This document shows positions 24,575 to 38,356 of a stretch of DNA of 64,000 bases, piece by piece. A program made the translations under genes and the position numbers. The notes beneath the pieces were generated by a model. It saw only the letters and a list, made by a program, of their open reading frames with translations. It was not told the DNA's origin and ran no database searches. This DNA comes from Mustelus asterias. Its lineage: Eukaryota. The stretch is from contig NC_135827.1 of NCBI RefSeq assembly GCF_964213995.1, forward strand, positions 20,336,001 through 20,400,000, written 5' to 3'. Position 1 is the stretch's first letter; every line of letters starts with the position of its first letter.

Positions 24575-25250
24575 AAATGTATTCTCTCAAGGAATGTGGG
24601 CATCATGGCAAGGCCAGCATTTGTTGCCATTCCTTGAACTGAGCGGCTTGTTAGGCCATTTCAGAGGGCAGCTAAGAGTCAACCACATTGCTGTGGGTCT
24701 GGAGTCACCTGGTAAGGGGCGGCAGATTTCCTTCCCTAAAAGGGCATTAGTGAACTGGATGAGTTTTAATGGTAACTGATGATAGTTTCATTGTCACCAT
24801 TATAGAATCCCTACAGTGCAGAAGCATGCCATTCAGCCTACCAATCCCACCCAGGCCCTATCCCCATAACCCCATGTAGTTATCCTGCTAATCCCCCTGA
24901 CACTAACGGACAATTTAGCATAGCCAAACCACCTAACCCGTACATCTTTGGAGTGTGGGAGGAAACCGGAGCACCCGGAGGAAACCCACGCAGACACAGG
25001 GAAAACGTGCAAACTCCACACAGACAACGAGCAGCGGCTGGAATTGAACCTGGGTCCCTGGTGCTGTGAGACAGCAGTGCTAACCACTGTGCCACTGTGC
25101 CACCCCTTTCAACTCCAGACTTAATCAATTGAATTTAAAGTCTACCAGCTGCCATGGTGCGATTTGAACCCACGTACCCCAAGATAATTAACCATGGGCC
25201 TCTGCGTTATCAGCCCAATGACATTACAACTACACCAACATCTCCCCATC
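24575..25250 (-). mobile_element. Family C-related SINE with nested V-SINE (24803-25105, minus)
   Basis: ggccagcattt...gagtcaaccacattgctgtgggtctggagtcac...gatttgaaccc; V-SINE inserted after ccatta. Confidence 0.75.
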
Positions 25251-26274
25251 ATTAGAGTGTTTTACTTGATAATCTATGGCTCCTTATCTGAGGCGAATAT
25301 ATGGAACTCTTAATAGCATCTGAAAATACAATAACATCAACTACAGTACCTCTGACCAGCTAGTCAGTAATGGTTTCAGAAAAGCTCCAACTTGTCAGTT
25401 GACTACATGTCCAGTTCTTGAATCAATGACTCTTAAACCTTTGATCAACCACAGTAGATGGGCCCTCAAACCTGGGTATCCAATGACATGGTGATTTAGC
25501 CATGTTTGAGCTCCAAATTAATTTTTTGTTCAGTATGAATTTTCAGAGCTTGTTTAAGGTCTCAGCTCCTCTAGTCCAACCCGCACCTAATTAATTTCAC
25601 TAAATTACTGACACTAATTGAAGTAGGTGGGGCTGGGATTGTTAATTTTATGTTTTGACAGGTATTATTGCTTGTTTTGATATGATATGGATATTGCTCA
25701 TTAATTCATAACAAGTCATCAATTAATATTAAAAGCACCCTCATCATCATTTCTCGCATCAAAACTTTCCATTAACCAATTAATTATGTTTGCATCTTTA
25801 ATTCCTTTAATGGTGAGGAGTGAACGGATTCTTGATGCTTGTCGTCTTTCGCTGCAGTCATCAGTTTTAGAAGGGAGAGAGATCCTTATTTAAATAACTA
25901 TTTGTTAACTGATGGCCCTCACTGTTACCTGCTTGGTTGAGTTGCTAGAATGCATTGCCCATTGTAGTGCTGAGCATTACAAGCCAACAAGGGTTCAAGT
26001 TCCATCCCTATCCAATGCTGAGTCTCAGCTGGACAACAGTATGCACCAGTTACAATTCGTCTCTGAGCTAACATGTGAGACAGATAGTTTCCCATTTTTC
26101 ACTATTATCTGATGTGTCTGTTATCTGTATGCAAAGCATTGGGCTCAGATGTGGTGTCACCCATGGTCAGGTGCTTTGTCCATTCTCCCAAATAATAAAT
26201 AGCCTCTTGGGTGAAGTACAGGAAAGCCAATGCTGCCCAAGAACCAAATGAAAGAAGAAGACCAGCAAGATTTG

Positions 26275-26712
26275 CAATCACATAGAGTCATACAGTGCAG
26301 CAAAGGCCTTTCGGCCCATCAACTCTGCACCAACAATAGCTACCACTAAAGGCACGCTAATCCCAATTTACCTGCACCTATCCCATATCCTTAAATGTTA
26401 TGGTATTTCAAGTGCTCATCCAAATACTTTTTAAAGGCCTCCACTACCTTCCCAGGCAGTGCGTTCCAGTTCTCATCACCCTCTGAGTGATTTTTTTTCT
26501 CAAATCCCCTCTGAATCTCTTATCCCTTACCCTAAAACTGTGCCCCCGCGTGATTGACCCCTCAACCAAGAGGAACAGCTGCTCTCTACTCACCCTTCCA
26601 TATCCCTCATAATCTTATATTCCTCAATTATGTCCCCCTCAGCCTTCTCTGCTTGAAAGAAAGCAATCCACGCCTATCCAGTCTCTCCTTATAGCTCAAA
26701 TGCTCCATCCCA
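26275..26712 (-). mobile_element. Degraded CR1 3' end
   Basis: catagagtcatacagtgcag...ggcctttcggcccatc...cgttccag...ccctcataatcttat...ccagtctctcctta. Confidence 0.75.
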
Positions 26713-26799
26713 TTTCATATAGTGCCTTTCATGACCTTAGGACACAATTTCTATCTGTGGAGTCACAAATGAACATCTGCAAACATTCCTACTTCTGAC

Positions 26800-29025
26800 A
26801 TTATAATGATAGGAAGGTCATTGCTGAAGAAGTTGAAGATGGTTAAAGATGGGTCCGCTTCGGACACTAATCTGAGGAACTCCCACAACAATGTTCCAGT
26901 GCTGAGATGATTGACCTCCAACAATCACAATTACTTTCCTTTGTGCTAGCAATGATTCCAACCAGTGGAGAGTTTTCCCCCTGATTCCCAATGACTCCAG
27001 TTGTTCTTGTACCCTTGATGTCAAGGGCAGTCACTCTCGAGTTCAGCTCTTTTGTCCATGTTTGAATCAAGGTCAGGAGTTTGGTGGCCCTAGCAGAATT
27101 CAAACTGAACATCCGTGAGCAGGTTATTACTGTGTAAGTGCCACCTAATAGCACTGTCAATGCCACCTACCATCTCTTGGCTGATGATCAAGGGTAGACT
27201 GATAGGGCAGTCATTGGCCGAGTTGTATTTAGCTTGCTTTTTGTGGACAGGCCATACCTGGGCACGTTACCACATTGCCGGGTAGATGCCAGTGTTGTAA
27301 CTGTACTGGAACAGCTTGGCTAGGGCTGCTGCTAGTTCTGGAGCACATGTCTTCAGTACAATTTCCAGATGTTGTCAAGGCAATAGCCATTACAGTATCT
27401 CGTGCTTTCAGCCATTTCATGAAATCACACTGTGTGAATTGAATGGTTAAAGACTGACATCTTTGATGCTGGCGACCTCAGGAGGAGGCTGAGATGGATT
27501 ACCCACCTGTACTTCTGGCTGAAGATGTCTGTAAATGTTTCAGCATTGTATTTTGCACTGATGCGCTTGGTAACCCCATCATTGAGGATGGGGATATTCA
27601 TGGAGCCTTTTCCTCCTGTTAGCTGTTTAATTGTCCACCACCATTCATGACTGGATGTGGCAGCTCTGCGCATCTTAGATCTGATCCATAGGTTGTGGGA
27701 TTGCTTAGCTCTATCTTATCACATGCTGCCTCTGTTGTTTGGCTTGGAAGTATTCTGTGTTTTAGCTTCACCAGATTGAAATCTTATTTTTAGGTATGTG
27801 TGGCCCTGTTCCTAGCATGTCCTCATGTACTCCTCATTGAAGCAGTCTTGAGCCCCTGGTTTGTTGGTAACAGTAGAGTGGGGGATGCACGAGGCCATCA
27901 GGTTACGGACTGTGATCGAACACCGTTATGTTGCTGCTGACAGCGCTTCATGAATACACAGTTTTGAGCTCCCAGATCTATTCAGATTCCAGCCAATCCA
28001 GCACGGTGGTAGTGCCACACGGGTATCCTCAATGGCATCTACTAACAATTTGAAAAAATGTCCAGATGTATACTGTCCACAAAAAACCGGGCAAATCCAA
28101 CCAATACCCTTTGAATAATCTATTCTCAATCATCAGCAAAATGATGAAAAGTGTTGCCGACAGTTCTATCACGTGGCACTTACACAGTAAATAATCTGCT
28201 CATTGACATTCCGTTCCGGCTCATGGGACTTCACATCCACAAGGATTGTGCAGTGGTCAGTCCAACCAACACTATCATTGACAGATACGTATACGACAGA
28301 CAGATTGGTGAGGATGAGGTCAAGTAGATGTTTCTCTCTTTTTGGTTGCCTCACCCGCTGCCCTAGACCCAGTCTAACTGTATGTCCTGCTGCTCTGGAC
28401 CCAGTCTAGCTGTATGTCCCGCTGCTGTAGATCAGTCTAGCCATGTACCCCACTGCTCTAGACCAGTCGAGCCATATGTCCTGCTGCTCTAGACCCAGTC
28501 TAGCCATATGTCCTGCTGCCCTAGACCCAGTCTAGCCATATGTCCTTTAGGACTCGCCCAGCTCAGTCTGTGTAGATGCTACTGATCCACTCTTGGAGAT
28601 GGACATTGAAGTCTCCCACCCAGACTACCTTCTGTGTCCTTGCCATCCTCAGTACACCTCCCAATTGGTGGTCAACATGGAAGAGTACTGATTCATCAGC
28701 CAAAGGGGAATGGTACATGGTAATTAACAGGAAATTTTCTTGCCCATGTTTGACCTGATAGAATGAATCCACATGGGATTCAGAGTCAATGTTGAGGACA
28801 CCCAGTTCAACTCCCTCCTGACAGTACACTACTGTACTGCCGCTTCTAGTGAGCCTGTCTTGCCGGTGGGACAGAACATACCCAAGGATGGTGCCTGGGG
28901 CATTGGCTATAAGGTATGATTCAATGATTATGACTATGTCAGGCTGTTACTTGAATATTCTGTAGGACCGCTGTCCCAGTTTTGACACAAGCCCCCAGAC
29001 TTTATTAAGGAGGACTTTGCAAGAT
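26800..29025 (-). mobile_element. Old degraded LINE ORF2 (APE endonuclease to RT), fragmented
   Basis: GVLNIDS...WVGDFNVH (endonuclease), LDLILTN...DHCTI, WWWTIKQLTG, ALDIK...GKTLHWLES...GVPQ (RT). Confidence 0.8.
28354..28546. repeat. About 31-32-bp tandem repeat x6 inside the LINE endonuclease region
   Basis: Unit cctgctgctctagacccagtctagccatatgt. Confidence 0.85.
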
Positions 29026-29124
29026 TGACGGGTAGATTCGCTGTAGCAATTCCATTGCCAAGGTCCAGTCAGTTTAATTCCTTTTATACTGTGTCGCAGT
29101 TTGATACAACTGAGTGCCTCATTC

Positions 29125-29365
29125 AGCCATTTAAGAATCAACCACATTGCTGTGGGTCTGGAGTCACATGTAGGCCAGACGAAATATCCTTCCAGTTTTT
29201 AATGACATTTGTTTCATGATCACTATGACTAGGACGAGCTTTTAGTTCCAGATTTATAAATTAAATTTAAATTCCACCAGCTGCTGCCATCATGGGATTC
29301 GATCCCATGTTCCTATAACTTTAGCCTAGGTCTCTTGATTACTAGTCCAGTGATACTACCACTAA
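29125..29365 (-). mobile_element. Family C-related SINE
   Basis: tcaaccacattgctgtgggtctggagtcacatgtaggccagac...gggattcgatccc...actagtccagtga. Confidence 0.7.
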
Positions 29366-29395
29366 CCCACCAGCTTCCCTAATAATTCCCTGATT

Positions 29396-29737
29396 GGGGT
29401 GGCACGGTAGCACAGTGGTTAGCACTGCTGCTTCACAGCTCCAGGGTCCTGGGTTCGATTCCCGGCTCGGGTCACAGTCTGTGTGGAGTTTGCACATTCT
29501 CCTCGTGTCTGCGTGGGTTTCCTCCGGGTGCTCCGGTTTCCTCCCACAGTCCAAAGATGTGCGGGTTAAGTTGATTGGCCAGGTTAAAAATTGCCCCTTA
29601 GAGTCCTAGGATGCGTAGGTTAGAGGGATTAGCGGGTAAAATATGTGGGGGTAGGGCCTGGGTGGGATTGTGGTCGGTGCAGCCTCGATGGGCCGAATGG
29701 CCTCCTTCTGCACTGTAGGGTTTCTATTCTATTCTAT
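29396..29737 (+). mobile_element. Young V-SINE (HE1-like)
   Basis: Complete copy; 3' half nearly identical to 4100-4280. Confidence 0.92.
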
Positions 29738-30487
29738 AATGATCATATAACCTATTTTTGGGATAAAAGCAAAACACTGTGAATGCTGGAAACGCCAATA
29801 TAAATCTTGTCTTATTTTCTTTTGGGGTGATCTAACAGAAAAAATTTTAACTGTCCAACGAGTGTGTAAACGGGAGAGAATTGCACCCATTTTTTGGGTG
29901 AACTCCCTGATGCAATCGTACAGCACTTGGAAAAAAAATGAGGCCAAATGTGATTCTCGCCAGTAGGGAGAGTGAGTGGAGCCTATTCAGAAAACCTATT
30001 TGGGAAGCCGGCTTCTGAGCTGCAGGAGTGCCATTGCGCAGGTGCCCTGACCTTCCAGTGCACTGTATACAAGTGTACATAGTGCACAGGAAGACACGTC
30101 ACTCCTCCCCACCTACCCAGACACTTTTCTTCAGATAATTCAGTTGGATCTTAGACCCGCTTAAGAGGGGAAGTTCAACCCCTCAAATAAATGACAGCAC
30201 CTCCAGCAGAACTCCTTCAATACTGCATGGCAGTGTCAGGCTAGATTTAGAATTGGGCCAATTCCAAGCTCCTGGCAGGGACTGAGTCTCACTAAGAGTG
30301 CCTTGTGGATTCAGATTCTCTGATTTCTCACCCATTCAGATCATTGGGCAGGAAGTTCCAGGCTGAGCAGCTAAGCAGCAACAACATACTCCCAATGAGC
30401 ACTGCCTGTGGCGGGAGCACAAAAGCCCTGAGTTTGTGGTCAGGACACACAGAAAAACAATGAAGCCAAAAGATGTCTTAATAATTA

Positions 30488-30795
30488 GGGAGGCACGGTG
30501 GCACAGTGGTTAGCACTGCTGCCTCACAGCGCCAGGGACCTGTATTCAATTCTAGCCTTGGGTGACTGCCTGTGTGGAGTTTGTACATTCTCCCCGTGTC
30601 TGTGTGGCTTTCCTCCGGTTTCCTCCCACACTCCAAAGATGTGCGGGTTAGGCTGATGGGCCATGCTAAATTGCCCCTTAGTGTCAGGGAGAGCAGCAGG
30701 GTAAATATGTGGGGGTGGGGCCAGGATGGAATTGTTGTCAGTGCAGGCTCGATGGGCTGAATGGCCTCTTCCTGCACATGGGGATTCCATGATTC
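30488..30795 (+). mobile_element. V-SINE (HE1-like)
   Basis: Complete copy. Confidence 0.9.
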
Positions 30796-32349
30796 CCTGG
30801 TCCCGTTGCTGTGAATGAAGTTTTGGCCAAATTCTCCATTCTCACTGGTAGTGGTGGCGGGGCGTATGACATCAGAGAATTCCAGCCCTTATTTTTGAAC
30901 ACAACAGTGGATAATACCATATTATCCCAATCCTCCACTAGCTCTGTATGTGGATTGATGAATTGAACTATACATTTGTAGTTCTGTATTTTATACACTA
31001 AAACACAATTGACATATTCAGCAGTGATTACTCCCAGCCATTCTTGCACATGCAAAATTCTCCAGCCTCCTTCACTGAAAGCCAGTGTATCCTCATGTTC
31101 ATTTTTAACAGTCGTATTGTGTACAAGAGGAAGTACGTTTTAATATGGAGATGAAAGACCACAATGCTGGCCATGAGATCATTTCTTGTTATTTATATTG
31201 TCTTCTCATATCAGGCTTTACCAAATCAAGTGCTGTATGGCTCAGACAAATCATTACTTATGGCCCCTCAACCACAGGAGAACTCTGTTTCCACTCTACT
31301 TTTCACTTCATCAATGTGCTATTGTTCATTGCCCCTTGTCCCAAATGTAATAATAAAAGACAGGGAATAGGAGAAGCTTAGAAGATTGGAGTAACTCCAA
31401 ATGGATCAGGGATTGAGTTCAGCTGATATGAAATGATGACCAGGAATAGGAGCTGGCCCTGGTATGATGAATTAAAAGTTAGAGCTCATTCTTTCGTCTA
31501 GTGTCAGCTAAATGCCTCATTATGCTAGATGAACAATGATCTGGTTTTGCTTTTCAGTTCAGTGAGTTTTTTTGAAATAGTTGAAACTAGACGTCAGTAA
31601 GCTGATTAACACCGAGTGTACATTACAGGGATAATCTGTCAGTAAAAAGGTGAGAACTACCGGTACTTTTAATTATTACATTATTACTGTTCTCTTGCTT
31701 CTTAATTAAAGACTCAAATTCCCAAATTGTATGTTAGTGATAACATTCAGGCTAAAAGAAGTCACTGTGATTTTGGAGTATATTGGACAGTAACCATTGC
31801 CTGGGCATTTAAACAGAGAACTTCAGAAGTCGCAGTCGGAGATATGCTGCACCTCCATAGGGTGCATCCTATCGATTACCCATAAACCCAGCACTGAAAG
31901 ACATTTACTGGTATGAACATGGGACTCCACTAGTTCCACAGTAAAGATGTCATAAATAGTCATGCAGGAGTAAGTGATTTTTTAATTTTGTCATTATTGA
32001 TTAAAACTATTAAATAATACACGCCAACCCTGAAAATTTAATTTTACAAGTGTGGTGTCTCATTCCTTCAGAAATTGATCTGTGTCGAAGATTTCAGAAA
32101 AGGAATTTGAAGAATTTGGTTGTATTTTTTTCTGTCTGTCTCTGTCATCTCTCTCTTAATCACACTGTTAAAACACACAGTGGAATCTTGCTTACAGTTA
32201 TTCCTTAAAACAAATTATAAAGAGCCAATCTATTCGGCCCTGCTGTAGCAATACATGTGTTTCTGCTCGTGATTCTCAATACTACCAATCTCTGGCAATC
32301 TTTGTTCAATCAGCAGGAGGTTAAAAAAAAAAGGACAATCATTTTGATT

Positions 32350-32672
32350 GGGGCGGCACGGTGGCACAGCGGTTAGCACTGCTGCCTCACAGCGCCAGGG
32401 ACCTGGATTCAATTCCGGCCTTGGGTGACTGTGTGGAGTTTGCACATTGTCCTCGCATCTGCGTTGGTTTCCTCTGGGTGCTCCGGTTTTCTCCCACAGT
32501 CCAAGGATGTGCGGGTTAGGTGGATTTGCCATGCTAAATTGCTCCTCAGTGTCAGGGAGATTAGCAGGGTAAATATGTGGGGTTACAGGGATAGGGCCTA
32601 GGTTGGATTGTTGTCAGTGCAGGCTCGATGGACTGAATAGCCTCCTTCTGCAATGTAGGGATTCTATGATTC
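32350..32672 (+). mobile_element. V-SINE (HE1-like)
   Basis: Complete copy. Confidence 0.9.
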
Positions 32673-33670
32673 ATTTATTTGGAGAACATCTTAATTATCT
32701 GCTGAGGAGACACAAAGCCTGCAGAGTTCCAGAGTGAAGTTACGTGCCTAGCTTTTCAGTGTAGACCAGGGGGAATTTCAGCAGAATAAAAACAAAAAAA
32801 TTAAAAGGCAAAATTAAAATGAAAAATGAAGGAACACGGCAATTTAGAAAAATAAATTGCTCAAGAAGTGATATTATGCACCGCGGGCCATAGAAACGGG
32901 ATGTTTTCGACCTGAGAGTTGCAAGCAGGTCACATGCCAAGGAAAATGTCTTACAACACCATAAACTATGTACCAACAACCCAGAATGCCAGAACAAGTT
33001 GTAAAGGTTACGTTAATACTGTTCAACCCTGAAGAGTGAAGCTAAACAATTACCACAATGATAGAATATAGAAAAATAAATTACCTTCCACGCTTTCATT
33101 TCTTATCTAATATAATTCATCGAACACTGGGTTGATTCAATAAAAGTTATAATGTTGAACCGCATACTAAATATTTTTAAAGAGTAGTGACAAATATGAA
33201 ATCTGCCTGATCCAATTTCATGAGCTACTGTTTTGATTGATTAATGGCCATGCCTCACATTCACCATTGGAGATTAAATTGAGTAATAAACTAAAGGTAT
33301 GAGAGCTTCAGAACATCTTGAAGTGCTCTTCATCGACTGCACAGTTTAAAAGCGTAAAACAAAGTAAAATACATTAATTGTCACCTACAATGAAACGTTG
33401 AGTGTATAGTCTCCATATGCAATGCACGGCTTCCCATTGCTTCCCTGTACAGGTTAACTTCCAATATCGGCAAAAGTCCATCACCATTATATTGTTCCTT
33501 TGCTATGTAGATGTTGCTCAATTGCTGAGTCTGCCTTTACCAAAGGAACCAGCATTTTATGGAACCACTTTCATTGGAAACCACTAGTACTGTAAAGAAG
33601 GCATTAATGAATTGACTACCTAGAAGAAAATCCTTAACGTATGTCACTTCCCACCAACACAGATCTATTA

Positions 33671-33975
33671 GGGCAGCATGGTGGCACAGTGGTTAGCACT
33701 GCTGCCTCACAGCGCTGGGGGCCTGGGTTTGATTCCCGGCTTGGGTCACTCTCCGTGCAGAGTCTGCACGTTCTCCCCGTGTCTGTGTGGGTTTCCTCCG
33801 GGTGCTCCGGTTTCCTCCCACAGTCTAAAAGACGTGCTGGTTAGGTGCATTGACTATGCTAAATTCTCCTTCAGTGTACCCAAATAGGTGCTGGAGTGTG
33901 GCGACTAGGGGGTTTTCATCGAAACTTCATTGCAGCGTTACTGTAAGCCAATTATGACACTAGTAAATAAACTTA
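33671..33975 (+). mobile_element. V-SINE family B
   Basis: Head plus gacactagtaaataaactt tail. Confidence 0.9.
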
Positions 33976-34044
33976 AACTGTCTCTGACTCTACTGATCAA
34001 TTATTTTACTGCCTTGCATTCCTTAGCTTTAATAAATAAACTAT

Positions 34045-34357
34045 GGTGGCACAGTGGCACAGTGGTTAGCACTGCTGCAGTGCCAGGGACCCGGGTTCAA
34101 TTCTGGCCTCGGGTCACTGTGTGAAATTTGCATGTTCTCCCCATGTCTGCGTGGGTTTCCTCCGGGTGCTCCAGTTTCCTCTCACACTCCAAAGATGTGC
34201 GGATTACGTTGATTGGCCCTGCTAAATTGACCCTTAGTGTCAGGGGGATTAGCAGGGTAAATGCGTGGGGTTACGGGAATAGGGCCCGGCTGGGATTGTG
34301 GTTGGTACAGACTTGATGGGCCAAATGGCCTTCTTCTGCACTGTAGGGTTTGTATGG
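34045..34357 (+). mobile_element. V-SINE (HE1-like)
   Basis: Complete copy. Confidence 0.88.
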
Positions 34358-36379
34358 AAATTAGGATAGTAATTAATTGGGTTGTAATGTGTTTCCTCGA
34401 TTGCGATAGTAGCATTAGAGCAAAGTTTTAACAAAAATAAATTATGGATTTTTACTAACCCGCGGCAATTTTATATTATGTTTAATAGAAATGAAATCCC
34501 ACTTCAACTTTGCTTTGGAAAAACAAATAATTCTTTTACTGCTTCCTCTTGTAAATCGTATAACAGGAGCCTTCAGCATTGATGACATCCCAACAACATC
34601 TTTCTGCACCTTCAATCAATGGCCCAGAAATTGCTGGAGCAGGGAATCTCGCTCAGCCTTCAGATCATATTATCCTTGCCCCGCAAATTGCTGGAAATGC
34701 AAGTTGACAAGGGCACGGTGAGGTGATCGGGGCATTTGGGAGTTTGTGAACGTCAGCTACAATGGTCTATCTGCTTAACCAGTGAAACTTCAAGACAGGG
34801 AAAGGAAGAGAACAAATGATTCAGAAGCAGATATGAATCAGAGCCAAATGCATAAAGGGAAGGAAAGTAAAAGTAAATTAAGGGGGAGATAAAAAAGAGA
34901 TTACGGAAAAGATAAGAAATTAAAATTGACAATTAAAGAATGCTTCTAGGAAGAATTTACTATCTGCAGGAGTGAGAATCCAGAGGTTCATTTGTTTTCT
35001 ATTTTTGACTCTGTCAGCATCATAATCATGTCATTAACTTACAACATGAATTAGCAATGCTTGGCAAAATTCATTCACATTTAAATGCAAGTACAGCACA
35101 GCACACTCATGGGGTGGATGATGGTGCCCTCCCTATTTTACAAAGCTAATGCAGGAGTGTTGAAAAATTTCCAATAATTCATGACAATTCGCAACTTAAC
35201 TCTTACTTGCCAGATGTTGCTGGATTTTTTTATGCATTAATAATGGCATGCAGTGAACTCCCCATTATTTTCCCGGTAATCTTGTGCCATTATTATTTCA
35301 ACTCTTATTATCATTGAATTCACTCTACTGAAACCTGGGTACGTTCTTGAAAGAAAAAAGTCATAGATGCTAAAAATCGAGTTAAAACCTATCATTTTGT
35401 CGCAGCGTTGGAATTGTTTATGATGTCTCCTGAATACTAATTCAATGACAACCCTATTATTCACTCATAACCATCCATAGTTCCTTACAATATGTACAAT
35501 GGTCCCAGTGACATGAAAAGTATTAAAGTGGAGCTGACTTGACATTGACAGAAGACACTGAGAGAATACTGTGCTGAATAATGTCACTGGGGGATTCAAC
35601 ATTCAGACTAATGTATGGTTGAGAGTGAGTAACAGGGTCATAATTTAATCGAGAGCTTCACGAGACATCATGAAAGAGTTTGAGCTGTATGTGTTTGTTA
35701 CCGAATCCAGGACTATATTATAACGAGCCCTGAGTGTGTTACTTCCTTATAATTTACTGTCGATGTAATTTCAATAATCTCAATGAATCTGTAGTGATCT
35801 TATTACTACAGATTCATTGAGGATGGACTTTGTCATACATCAACAGCATAGAAGTCACTGGCTTTTGGCATTCATCTTAGTACTTGGAGTCTGACTAACA
35901 TGAGGGAGAGTAAACTCGAATAAATTAGCTCCAACCCTAGCTGAGTATATTCTACAGAATGACTAGGTCAGTGGGACTGACTTGCATGAAGTAATCTCGC
36001 CTTGAGCTTCATGCATATTGAAGACAAAAAAGTAAGCGTTGCATTTGTGCTGCACTGTGTCTCTCAAAAACACCTCGAACTCTATCACATATTGGGATAG
36101 AGTTTCTGAGTTAATGCTTCCAATGCAGAGCTTTGTGCAAGATGAACGAATAATGAGGATTTAGGTACAGAGGTTTATAACTAAATTCCTGATGGAAGCT
36201 CCCATCACACAAAGTTCTGAGCCAACCACGCTACTTTATAAAATCTACCCTATTGACAATTAATTTGAGATGTAATAACTGGCGGCCATGTTTCACATAG
36301 TCAGATCCCACAAAGATAATTGACCAGTTTTCTTCTAAGGACTGAGTTGTAAATTATGAGTGAGGTTCAGTGAGCTTGA

Positions 36380-36770
36380 TATGTATTCATTCCCGTGCAC
36401 GGAGAGTGAGGGATCGTCTAGTTGAGGTACTTAAAATGTTACACGCATTTGAAAGGATAGAAATGGAGGCAACATTTCCTCTCTTGGGGAAATCAAGAGC
36501 AAGGGAATGTAATTTTGCAATCAAAAGCAAAATCAGAAAACATTTTCTCCAACACAAAGGGTAGTTGAAATCTGGAGTTCTCTCCCGCAGGGGAAGGGCT
36601 GAGGCTGATGGGTGAGTTGGAGCTATCAAGATTAAGATAGATAGATTTGTGTAGTGGTAACGTTGTCAAAGATATGGCCAAAGGCTGGAAAATGGAGTTG
36701 AGATGGAGTCAGTCAAAGCTAATTGAATGGTGGAACAGGGACTGAATGGCCTAATCCTGCTTTTACTGTG
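36380..36770 (+). mobile_element. Highly degraded CR1 3' end
   Basis: RVRDRLVEVLKML...FPL.G.SR.R; gaatggtggaacagg...gaatggcctaatcctgc. Confidence 0.7.
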
Positions 36771-37000
36771 AGTAATACTCTTAGGAAAGAAAAAAAGTGT
36801 TAGTGGGTCACGGGAAGAACTCTTCACTTTACTTGGCTTAAACCCAAGCTTTATTCGTGCAATTTATGCTCTCTGAATCCTTCATGAGATTGCTGCTTGA
36901 CCTTGGTTCCTTAATATCCATCCCATCTATATAGTTGTAGTCATATTTTTTTTTGCACAATATACATTCTAAACTGGATTCTCCCATTCCTGTTTCATAT

Positions 37001-37302
37001 GGGGCAACATGGTGCCACAAGTGGTTAGCACTGCTACCTCACAGTGCCAGGGACCCGAGTTCGATTCCCGCTTTGGGTCACTGTCTGTGCGGAGTCTGCA
37101 CACTCTTCCTGTGTCTGCGTGGGGTTTCTCCGGGTGCTCTGGTTTCCTCCCACAGTCCAAAATATGTGCTGGTTAGGTGCATTGGCCATGTTAAATTCTC
37201 CCCAGTGTACCCGAACAGGCAGCTGAGTGTGGCGACTAGGGGATTTTCACAGTAACTTCATTGCGGTGTTCATGTAAGCTAATGACACTAATAAATAAAC
37301 TT
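37001..37302 (+). mobile_element. V-SINE family B
   Basis: Head plus gacactaataaataaactt tail. Confidence 0.9.
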
Positions 37303-38356
37303 ATAGTATCAAAGATAGATTCCAAAAGGTACATTGTGGATTTGCAGTAAAATTGAATCATTCAATTGACAGTTGGTTACATTAGCGCAGGCATTCTATT
37401 GATTAAATAGTCCGACTGGCTGTCAAAGCATAATGAAGTTATTATTTTTGCAGCTGTAAAGCAGAATTATGAGCAATTTAGGAAATCCAGTATGTATCAC
37501 ATATCTTAGGTGGCGCAGCTTTGAAAACCACAGTGATGCAATATGCTAAAACCATCCGCTTCCATTTACACTGCGCCCACATTAAGAGTTGCCAGTGCGC
37601 TGAATGTGAAATGTGAGTGCTTGACTCTAACTAGACACAGGGGTTCTCATTAACTTTTTACTGAGGGCCATATTCATATGTGGTAACTTAATCAAGCTAC
37701 ACAAGCAAATCCACAAGAAAGATTTAATTCTTTTAATTCGGGTTTCCCACCAACACAAGCCTCTGTGGTAACACTTAAGCCTATCCTTGGAGACAGAGGC
37801 GAGCTTCACTTTTCTCAGCTGATAGAATGTTGAAAGTTGGTGACCTGGTGGGGTTCTCATGCTGTTCCTTTGCCCGAGGGAAGTAGATTTGTGTATAGGT
37901 CAAGCAGCTGAAATGAAATGTTCCAGTTCATGTGAGGGTCCTTCATGAAACCAATAGTTTGGATAGTGTTGACTTGTGGGCACTAGTCTGCAACATAACA
38001 TTGCCTGCAGCTTAGTACAAATTGCCACTAAATAGGCAAATTCACTCAAAGTTAAGCTTAATTCCTGTGAGAAGTAAAACTGGCCCAGTGTTTGCGAGTG
38101 GAGTATTTTCTGAAATTAAGGTTAAGACATATTACTGGGGAAGAGTATGACAGCTGTGTGTGTGATGTCTGTGCTATAGCAGATGTGAGTGCTTAATTCT
38201 GAGAAGGCGTGTTCTTGGCCCTTCTTCCCAGCGGCTGTCAATAATAGGGAAATATGACTGTCTCCTTGAGTATTTTTAAAAATAATCCTCTTCTTTTTCT
38301 TTCTCTTTTTATATTTACCATATCAAATAGTATAACAGCCCACTTGATGTTTGTAA

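Noticed and set aside
29396-29475. tRNA-like A/B-box sequences as tRNA genes
   Set aside because: They are SINE heads followed by a V-domain and LINE tail, with no complete cloverleaf or terminator
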